64,000 nt of DNA, from positions 74,986 through 138,985 of the forward strand of contig CAIYUC010000066.1 of assembly GCA_903929315.1 (NCBI GenBank), read 5' to 3'. This DNA comes from an uncultured Bacteroidales bacterium (lineage in GTDB: Bacteria > Bacteroidota > Bacteroidia > Bacteroidales > FEN-979). The notes beneath the pieces are model-generated. The model was not told the origin of the DNA. It saw only the letters and a list, made by a program, of their open reading frames with translations, and did not search any database. The translations under genes were made by a program, and so were the position numbers. Shown here one piece after another: positions 50,620 through 58,134 of the stretch (within the stretch, counting starts at the first letter, position 1; each line of letters opens with the position of its first letter).

Positions 50620-50667
50620 TTCCGGATACCGGATGCCAGATACCAGATACCAGATGTCAGATACATC
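50619..50667 (+). repeat. Heptad tandem array ATnCCnG (6 units plus a degenerate one) sharing its first base with the TGA stop
   Basis: The read is tg|attccggataccggatgccagataccagataccagatgtcagatacatc. Confidence 0.9.
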
Positions 50668-50679
50668 ATACGTCACGCG

Positions 50680-51075
50680 TCACACGTTTCGCGTTACGTC
50701 AAGACAAGCAACCGTTTCGATCTCGACCAAAGCGCCCATAGGCAGTCCCAACGCAGCGAACGCTGCCCTGGAAGGAGCGTTCACGGGGTAAAAACTTCCA
50801 TATATCGTATTCATCGCGCTGTAATTATTCATGTCGCTGAGGATACAGGTTGTTTTTATCACATCTTTAAACTCATATCCTGCTTCTTTCAGAATTGCCC
50901 CGATATTTTTCATGACTTGTTGGGTCTGTTCATGAATACCACCTTCCACCAGTTTCCCAGTGCCCGGGTCAATGGCGATCTGTCCTGAGATAAAGAGCAT
51001 TCCATTGATCTCAATAGCCTGGCTATAAGTTGCCAATGCTTTCGGAGCATCGTTGGTATTGATAATTCTTTTCAT
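50680..51075 (-). CDS. ridA: RidA/YjgF-family reactive intermediate deaminase
   Basis: APKALATYSQA, FISGQI and PSRAAF..LP.GALVEIE. The last approximately 7 codons run into an ACGCGT-rich repeat fragment. Confidence 0.9.
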   Translation of the reverse strand: MKRIINTNDAPKALATYSQAIEINGMLFISGQIAIDPGTGKLVEGGIHEQTQQVMKNIGAILKEAGYEFKDVIKTTCILSDMNNYSAMNTIYGSFYPVNAPSRAAFAALGLPMGALVEIETVACLDVTRNV

Positions 51076-51161
51076 GACCTGGATATATTATTGTCAATTT
51101 TATGTTCTTGAATTATTTGTAATAAAATAATGAATTAAAGAACTTTGCCTTCTTGTGCCTT

Positions 51162-53798
51162 CTATTGTGCAAAGTCCCTGAAATCTTTCTTTTTATCAAG
51201 TTTCAGATCCTGGAGGACGGAAGCTTTTACGTTGATCGAGAAGCTCCATTGCTGCTGTCCTCCTTTGGGTGTCCAGTTGAAATGCATTTCCCAGCAATGA
51301 AGATCACGATCGACCCTGATATTGGTATAGGATAATTGTCCATGGACTACATCATAACCGCTTTGGAGGGTGATCTTCCATTTTGGGGTGATATTCATTT
51401 GCCCGTTGAAACCGATTGTTTGTGTGACCGATTCCACTCGTGGCTGGGCAAGATTACCCCTGGTTTTCCCGTAATGCAGGTTATAAGTGACCGAGAAGCT
51501 CCAGGGAATATCGAAATCCACGTAAGTGTTATAGTAATTATTGATATCCGATATTTCCTCCTCAGATCCCCTGACCGGTTTTTTCACCGTCTTGCTTTTC
51601 CCCGATGAGAGGGAATAGTTCAGACCAAGATCCCAGGTTGTATTATCAAGACGTAAAAGACGGTGATGAACTTTCCATTCGGTCGAATTGGTCCTGTTGC
51701 CGGAAGTGTCTGACGCATACATATCCCAGGAACTGCCATAGGTTATTTTAAGATCTTTAAATAAGGTCGTGTATCCTGACATGGTGATCGGGCTCCACCT
51801 GACGGAATCTTTCGCCAGGTCATAGCTGGTTGCGATCGTAAAGTTGTCGATCAGCATGATCTTTTTTGTTCCCGTAACCGTATCTTTACTATTCCTGACC
51901 TTCATTTCCAGGTTATTTCCCAGGCTGAACGAGACCACCCCCGATTTTTGACCGGGAGGTCCGCCGTAGATGGATGAATAATTCCCGTCCTGGAAGATGG
52001 AATAAGGCTGCAGGGGTACCTTGTTAGTGTCATTCTCAACACGTTTGTAATAACCCAGCGACGGGGCTCCGAAATTTGGTGTGTAGGAGAAACTCACGGT
52101 GGGAATCAGCATGTGACGGATGCCGATAATCGGACCTTTTTTAAACTGGAACATCCCGTACAGCCTTGTATTGAAAGAGGAAGAAATGCTGCCATCGATT
52201 GCATTGGCAAACCTGTATATGGTATCTGTCACCAGTGAATCATGTGTTGTTTTCGGCTCAGGGATGAAACGTTTCCGGATGGTTTGGAAATACATGCGGT
52301 CGGTAAGGTTGACAGAGTTGGTCCAGTTGATATTTTTTAATATCCTGAATGTGGCGGAAATGGGGATGGTATGACGGATACCGTTTTGCATATTTCTCTC
52401 CCAGTCCTTTTTGAAAAGCAGGGAATCAACGGTGTTATAATTGTTTTGGGCTGCAAGGTCATATTTCATGCTGATGTTTTCATACCATTTCATTTTCCCG
52501 ATCCTTTCACTTTTCCTGAAAGGATAGAACTGGTCCAGGGAAAGAGCTAACTGTGGAAATGTTATATTCACTGTTTTGGCCAGTGTATTCTGGCTATGGC
52601 TGAGATTCATGTCCAAATGTATAACAGAAGCAAAATTGGTATGATAATTAATACTTGATTGAAATGTGTTGGAGAGGTATGACTCGGCATTGCTCACAAG
52701 GTTGGCAGTGTTGTATTTATTACTGACAATATTTACGTTGGCGGAAAAGGTGCTGTTCGGACGGGCTTTGGGATCCTGGACGTGACTCCATTGGATGAGG
52801 AAATCGGTTTCCCGCGTAAAATCGGGTGAATCCTGCGGCCCTTGCAGGTTGACCGAATATCCGAAATTAAATGTACCATGATAGTGGTATCTGTTGTTGT
52901 AATTGAAAATAGGTTTAAGCCCCCAGCTGCCGCGTGTATAGATATCTCCTTTCAGGTAAAGATCCATATAATCGCTGATGCCCCAGTAATATCCTCCATC
53001 GGTGAAGAAAAACCCGCGGTTGTTCGATTCCCCGTATGTTGGAATGAGTATCCCGGACCTTCTTCCCTGGCGGTTGGGGAAATATCCGAATGGAATAGCG
53101 AGCGGAGTTGGTACACCGGCTATAACCATGTACGCCGGTCCTGTGATGACTCTTTTATTCGGGATCACTTTGCCCCGGTTGAACCTGAATTCGTAATGGG
53201 GATCTTCCTGCAGGTCACAGGTAGTATAGGAACCATCTTTTATGTAAGTGATATCATTCTCCATTTTTTTAACAGTCTTGCCATGAAGGTACCCTTCGTC
53301 TTGCTTGGTGAAGACAATTTGTATATATCCTTTTTTGGTATCGTAATTATAACGGATGATCTTCGATTTGAAGGTCTGTCCGGCCTGGGAGAATTCGGGT
53401 GATCCCTGGTTCTTTCCTGTTGAATCAGGCACCCCGGTGGCATAGAATGTATGGTTTGGAAAGTCAATTTCAACAGAATCGGCCTTCAGGATAATATCCT
53501 GATACCTCATATCTGCCTTCTTGAAAAGAAATAATTTCTGCCCTTTGATCTCAAACCGCAGGGAATCGTTTGCCGAATAATCTACTTTTGATTTAAGCTT
53601 TGTTTTTTTCTGCTCCGGTTTTGCAACATTTCTGCCAGGGAGCGAATCTTTAAGGGAAATGCTGTCTGTATGGATTATCTTTTCATCGTTTTTCTGTTTA
53701 ACCGAATCCTGTGCACATAATTTCAGTGGTGGCAGAAGAAAAAGGAAAAACAAAAAACATAACCAATAGCAGAGCCTTGTTAATAAGTCCGTTAACAA
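51162..53798 (-). CDS. LptD/OstA-like large outer-membrane protein
   Basis: 878 aa with a signal peptide, an N-terminal OstA-like strand repeat region (FEIKGQKLFLFKKADMRYQDIILKADSVEI) and a long beta-barrel-like remainder. The start is TTG. Confidence 0.65.
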   Translation of the reverse strand: MLTDLLTRLCYWLCFLFFLFLLPPLKLCAQDSVKQKNDEKIIHTDSISLKDSLPGRNVAKPEQKKTKLKSKVDYSANDSLRFEIKGQKLFLFKKADMRYQDIILKADSVEIDFPNHTFYATGVPDSTGKNQGSPEFSQAGQTFKSKIIRYNYDTKKGYIQIVFTKQDEGYLHGKTVKKMENDITYIKDGSYTTCDLQEDPHYEFRFNRGKVIPNKRVITGPAYMVIAGVPTPLAIPFGYFPNRQGRRSGILIPTYGESNNRGFFFTDGGYYWGISDYMDLYLKGDIYTRGSWGLKPIFNYNNRYHYHGTFNFGYSVNLQGPQDSPDFTRETDFLIQWSHVQDPKARPNSTFSANVNIVSNKYNTANLVSNAESYLSNTFQSSINYHTNFASVIHLDMNLSHSQNTLAKTVNITFPQLALSLDQFYPFRKSERIGKMKWYENISMKYDLAAQNNYNTVDSLLFKKDWERNMQNGIRHTIPISATFRILKNINWTNSVNLTDRMYFQTIRKRFIPEPKTTHDSLVTDTIYRFANAIDGSISSSFNTRLYGMFQFKKGPIIGIRHMLIPTVSFSYTPNFGAPSLGYYKRVENDTNKVPLQPYSIFQDGNYSSIYGGPPGQKSGVVSFSLGNNLEMKVRNSKDTVTGTKKIMLIDNFTIATSYDLAKDSVRWSPITMSGYTTLFKDLKITYGSSWDMYASDTSGNRTNSTEWKVHHRLLRLDNTTWDLGLNYSLSSGKSKTVKKPVRGSEEEISDINNYYNTYVDFDIPWSFSVTYNLHYGKTRGNLAQPRVESVTQTIGFNGQMNITPKWKITLQSGYDVVHGQLSYTNIRVDRDLHCWEMHFNWTPKGGQQQWSFSINVKASVLQDLKLDKKKDFRDFAQ

Positions 53799-53962
53799 TT
53801 TCTTTTCTGAACTCTAAGGTTAATGTCCTATCTTTGTTCTGAAATCCTATTGAAAATTAGGATATACGACCCAAAAACCAGCCTTTCTGGCTTTCAAAAC
53901 TAAGGAAAATAATTGAGTGCAGGACGATTTTATGATACTTTAACAATATCAGTTAGTTAAGA

Positions 53963-55162
53963 ATGCTTCGCTACAGCCTTGTATTTATCTTCCTGTTTTT
54001 TGCTTCTTGTATTCCGGTTAAAACCTACTCACAGGAAAAAACATCGCTTAATACAGTGGTCATTGATGCCGGTCATGGTGGGAAAGACCCTGGTACCATG
54101 GGAAAACAGGCGCAGGAGAAATATATAAACCTTGGCATTGCCTTGAAGCTGGGTGGGCTTATTCGCAGCAACTGTCCTGATGTTAAAGTAATTTTTACAA
54201 GGGAAAAGGATGAATTCATTGAACTTCATGAAAGAGCAGATATAGCGAACAGGAATAATGCCGATCTGTTCATATCGATCCATTGCAATTCAAATCCTTC
54301 GCATATATTCCGGGGCGCTGAGACTTACGTTATGGGATTGCACAGGTCCCAGGCCAACCTTGAGATTGCCAAGAAGGAAAATGCATCCATCCTGATGGAA
54401 CCAAACTATTCGGTAAACTATAACGGCTTCGATCCGAATTCCGATGAATCCTATATCACTTTTACGATGTTCCAGAATGCCTTCCTTGATCAGAGCACAA
54501 ATTTCGCAGCAACCGTCCAGGATCAGTTGAAAGGCAGGGTAGGTCTTGATGATCGGGGGGTAAGGCAGGCCGGTTTTCTCGTCTTATACAAAACGACTAT
54601 GCCAAGCGTACTGGTAGAAGCCGGCTTTTTAAGCAACCCGGAAGAGGAGACTTTTTTGATCTCTGATAATGGACAGGAATTCATAGCGTCTGCTATCTTC
54701 AGAGCCTTTATCAGTTTTAAAAAGAAAATCGAAAGCGGGGGAAAAGAAGTCATTGCATATAATCCCGGGATCGATACTCAAAAGGGAAAATCAAAAATAA
54801 TTGTCACAAAACCAGTGAAAACACAAAAAGAAATTGTATCCGGGAAAACAGAACCCAAACCTGATCCCCCGAAGAAAACGAAAATCCAATCACCCGTGAT
54901 CAGTTACCGCGTTCAATTCATGATCTATCCCAAAGACATTAGTTTACATTCAGTGAAATTTTCCGGTTTACCGGATATCAGAATGTATCGTCACCAGGGA
55001 ATGTTCAAGTATACCACCGGTGAAGGGAAGTCTGTTGAAGAAGTGACGAAATTCCTGGATATGGCAAAGGATAAAGGATTTAAAGACGCTTTTATTGTGG
55101 CTTTTAAGGGCGAAGAAAGGATTACGATTGCGGAGGCTAAACGACTTCAGTCCTTTGAATAG
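53963..55162 (+). CDS. N-acetylmuramoyl-L-alanine amidase (Amidase_3) with a C-terminal SPOR domain
   Basis: VVIDAGHGGKDPG, SIHCNS and VLVEAGFLSN. The SPOR-like domain is YRVQFMIY...FKDAFIVAF. Confidence 0.9.
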   Translation: MLRYSLVFIFLFFASCIPVKTYSQEKTSLNTVVIDAGHGGKDPGTMGKQAQEKYINLGIALKLGGLIRSNCPDVKVIFTREKDEFIELHERADIANRNNADLFISIHCNSNPSHIFRGAETYVMGLHRSQANLEIAKKENASILMEPNYSVNYNGFDPNSDESYITFTMFQNAFLDQSTNFAATVQDQLKGRVGLDDRGVRQAGFLVLYKTTMPSVLVEAGFLSNPEEETFLISDNGQEFIASAIFRAFISFKKKIESGGKEVIAYNPGIDTQKGKSKIIVTKPVKTQKEIVSGKTEPKPDPPKKTKIQSPVISYRVQFMIYPKDISLHSVKFSGLPDIRMYRHQGMFKYTTGEGKSVEEVTKFLDMAKDKGFKDAFIVAFKGEERITIAEAKRLQSFE

Positions 55163-55264
55163 TTATTCATTGTTATTCAGTGGTTATTCGGTAGTTATTC
55201 AGTGGTTATTCGGTAGTTATTCAGTGGTTATTCGGTAGTTATTCATAGTTATTCATAGTTATTC
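55162..55264 (+). repeat. Tandem array of 11 GTTATTC-containing 10/11-mers, sharing its first base with the TAG stop
   Basis: GTTATTC occurs at 55162, 55172, 55183, 55194, 55205, 55216, 55227, 55238, 55248 and 55258, with the last copy ending at 55264. There is a 22-bp super-period (gttattcagtg gttattcggta). Confidence 0.9.
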
Positions 55265-55368
55265 TTTGTATAAGTATTTATACTGATGATTAACTTTTGT
55301 ATTGTCAATTAACATTGATATACATGGGGAAATAATAGGGGGAAATTGAAAGTACCTGAAAAATTATG

Positions 55369-55376
55369 TATGTTTG
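55369..55376 (+). promoter_or_regulatory. Candidate -7 box (TATGTTTG) for the mlaD-like gene
   Basis: The TAnnTTTG match overlaps the track's TTG start at 55374, which argues for a downstream start (TTG 55398). Confidence 0.3.
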
Positions 55377-55397
55377 CATACTCAAACAAACCATACG

Positions 55398-56351
55398 TTG
55401 AAGTTCACTATCAGTAAAGAAATCAAGGTCGCAGTCGTTTTCGTCATTGCCATATCCGTACTTGTATGGGGGGTAATGTACCTGAAAGGATTGGAGATCT
55501 TTACCCATAACAGGGTAATTTATGCGGTATATGACCGTGTTAACGGGTTAGTGAAAGCAAATCCTGTATCAATCAATGGTTTGAAGGTCGGACAGGTGAA
55601 AGACCTTTATTTTTCAAAGACGAACAGGGGTAAGATCATCGTGGAACTTTACATTGCCAATGATTACCCGATACCCAAAAATTCACAGGCAACCATTACC
55701 AGTTCAGATCTTCTTGGTTCCAAGGAGGTTGAGATTGTACTTGGCAATTCAAAAGAAGTCATTAAGGAAGGAGATACACTGAGATCACTGACCGATGCTA
55801 CCTTGGGTGAAGCTGTGAACCAGCAGCTCTTACCACTGAAAAGAAAAGCGGAGAGCCTGATCAACTCTATTGATTCCCTTGTAGGAACCTTTCAGGAATT
55901 ACTTAACAAGGACACACGGAATAACCTTGTCGTATCGATCGAACATATTAAACAATCTCTCGAGAATCTGGCTCATATGACCTATAATGTTGATACCTTA
56001 ATTGATAAAGAAAGAACGAATCTGGCGGCCATCATCAACAATATCGCATCGATCAGCTCAAATCTGAAACAGAATAACGAAAAGATCAATACCATTCTCT
56101 CCAATTTTTCAACTCTGAGCGACTCCCTTGCCAGGGCGAAAATCCCTAGCACCTTTAACCAGATCAACAAAGTGTTGTCAGATTTAACGGAGGTACTGGA
56201 TAAGATCAACAAAGGACATGGAACATTAGGGCAATTCGTGAATGACGAAAAGCTTTACAATGAGGTAGAGAAAGCAGCAAAGGATCTGAACCTGCTGCTT
56301 GAGGATATCAAGGCGAATCCGAAGAGGTATCTCAAAGTATCAGTCTTCTAA
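55398..56351 (+). CDS. MlaD/MCE-family protein
   Basis: N-terminal TM, then the MCE core NGLVKANPVSINGLKVGQVKDLYF...ATITSSDLLGSKEVEI, then a long coiled-coil tail. The start is uncertain (55374 or 55398, both TTG). Confidence 0.8.
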   Translation: MKFTISKEIKVAVVFVIAISVLVWGVMYLKGLEIFTHNRVIYAVYDRVNGLVKANPVSINGLKVGQVKDLYFSKTNRGKIIVELYIANDYPIPKNSQATITSSDLLGSKEVEIVLGNSKEVIKEGDTLRSLTDATLGEAVNQQLLPLKRKAESLINSIDSLVGTFQELLNKDTRNNLVVSIEHIKQSLENLAHMTYNVDTLIDKERTNLAAIINNIASISSNLKQNNEKINTILSNFSTLSDSLARAKIPSTFNQINKVLSDLTEVLDKINKGHGTLGQFVNDEKLYNEVEKAAKDLNLLLEDIKANPKRYLKVSVF

Positions 56352-56385
56352 TCGTAATTTCTATATTTTCCTTATATAACGGACT

Positions 56386-56450
56386 GTTATTCGTGGTTAT
56401 TCGTGGTTATTCGTGGTTATTCATTGTTAATTATTCATTGTTAGTTGTTC
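56386..56450 (+). repeat. Tandem array of GTTATTC-containing 10-mers (4 exact plus 2 degenerate)
   Basis: The read is gttattcgtg x3, gttattcatt, gttaattattcatt, gttagttgttc. It has the same orientation as the 55162 array. Confidence 0.9.
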
Positions 56451-56461
56451 ACTGATTTATC

Positions 56462-57988
56462 TTACCAGATAAAAATATCCTCCTTCTTCAGCGGTCTTCT
56501 CTCTTCCATCCATTTGAAATTTTTCAGCTTCAGATCATGAGGAGAAATGTCTTTTTCGGGGTATAAGGTTCCTGAGGGCTGGTTGATGTAAGTTATGCTT
56601 TTCAGCTCATTTTTTTCGAGGAAGATCAGCATATCGCTGGAAACGACTTTGTTGATCCCGATCAGACTCTTGTCATCTTCCCTGGCATAATAAATGGTTT
56701 CGGCATTCCCCAGAACTTTGATCTTGAAAATATCATTGTTCCTGAAATATGCGATCATATCACGTCCTTTTACCTGGTTAAACTTGTTTGTATCATCTTT
56801 TGAAATGATAAAGGCGCTGTTGTAAAATACCATGGAATCTACCTCCCCATGAAGAATGACCATATGAATTGAGTCTGCGGTTAGCTGGTTTTTCGCCGAC
56901 CAGAATACCGGCTCCCGGTAAAGGATCAGAGTGGAATCTTTTCCATGATAGACCATGGAATCACACATTCCCTGCAAATTCTTCCTGAAAAATTTGACCT
57001 TATAAAAGCAAAAGACATTTTTAATGTTCTGACCTGTGTCGAAGGTGGTTCTTATGGTATCAGAATGGATGAAGAGTGAATCTTTGTTTTCAATCATAAT
57101 GCCGACTGCACTGTCGGTCATGAAAGCAAATCCCTGCCTGCGCCTGATCTCACCGTAATTGCCTGTCATGATAATTTTCCTGACGGTGTCAACCAGCACT
57201 GCATGCTTAAAAACCTGGCCGAACCCGTTTATCCGCTCATAGTATATGCTGTCACCGGTAAGATTCTGGTTTTTATGAAAAATTTTGGCATTTTTCCTGA
57301 ACCGTGCCTTATCATTTTGAGTATCATACCATCCGTTCGTACAATAAATCGAATCTTCATTTCCTGTGATAGTGGAAGGTCCGTAAAAATAAGCGGTCGC
57401 TGTTTTCGTATTATACATCAGGGTATCGGAATGCATGGTATAATCAGGATTCAGAAGAATGACCCTGTCCTTAAAGAAGAATTCTTTCTTATCCGTATAG
57501 TAGTATCCGTGTTTGCTGACCAGGATGTTTTTACTGTTCACGATCTTACCCCAATCATCATATCTCGCCATACGCGTTATCCGGTTAAAAATTATGGTGT
57601 CGGCGGTAACGACCGTTTCTTTGTCTACCAGTCTGGCATTATTCTTCATTCGTCCAACCTTGGTATTTCCGTCATATTTAAGTGTATCACCGAAAATATT
57701 CAGTGTATCACTTACTTTAATATGAACATTTCCGTAAGCCATTACGCTGTTCATGGCCTCATTCAGGTAAGCGCTGTCACAGTACAACCAGGTACTATCA
57801 TGTCGCATGACCACATTTCCTATGATCCTTTGGATATCCGGGGCAATTGCTTTGTTAAACTCCCATTTATCAGCTTGTTCAAGGAGAATTTTTGTAGTCT
57901 CCTGTGAAACAGAGTAGAAAGAAATCAGGAAAAGGAAAAGGAAAAAGCATCCTGACCGGTAAATCATCCTTATGATCATAGCGAACAT
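56462..57988 (-). CDS. OstA-like (LptA/LptD N-terminal fold) repeat protein
   Basis: Signal peptide, then repeated strand motifs such as GNVVMRHDSTWLYCDSAYLNE...AYGNVHI. The candidate starts are ATG 57988 or 57979, or TTG 58015. Confidence 0.6.
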   Translation of the reverse strand: MFAMIIRMIYRSGCFFLFLFLISFYSVSQETTKILLEQADKWEFNKAIAPDIQRIIGNVVMRHDSTWLYCDSAYLNEAMNSVMAYGNVHIKVSDTLNIFGDTLKYDGNTKVGRMKNNARLVDKETVVTADTIIFNRITRMARYDDWGKIVNSKNILVSKHGYYYTDKKEFFFKDRVILLNPDYTMHSDTLMYNTKTATAYFYGPSTITGNEDSIYCTNGWYDTQNDKARFRKNAKIFHKNQNLTGDSIYYERINGFGQVFKHAVLVDTVRKIIMTGNYGEIRRRQGFAFMTDSAVGIMIENKDSLFIHSDTIRTTFDTGQNIKNVFCFYKVKFFRKNLQGMCDSMVYHGKDSTLILYREPVFWSAKNQLTADSIHMVILHGEVDSMVFYNSAFIISKDDTNKFNQVKGRDMIAYFRNNDIFKIKVLGNAETIYYAREDDKSLIGINKVVSSDMLIFLEKNELKSITYINQPSGTLYPEKDISPHDLKLKNFKWMEERRPLKKEDIFIW

Positions 57989-58084
57989 ACGATTCTTCTG
58001 ATAAGCAACAGACAAACTTACATAAAAATCAGCTTTATCCGAATACCGGATAAAAAACTCTTAAAGGGTTGCAAGGGAAGACAG

Positions 58085-58133
58085 ATTCCAGATGCCAGAT
58101 CCCGGATACCAGATGCCGGATGCCGGATGCCGG
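58085..58133 (+). repeat. Heptad tandem array ATnCCnG (7 units) ending 1 nt from the stop codon of the minus-strand 58135 gene
   Basis: The read is attccagatgccagatcccggataccagatgccggatgccggatgccgg|a|tta. Confidence 0.9.
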
Positions 58134-58134
58134 A

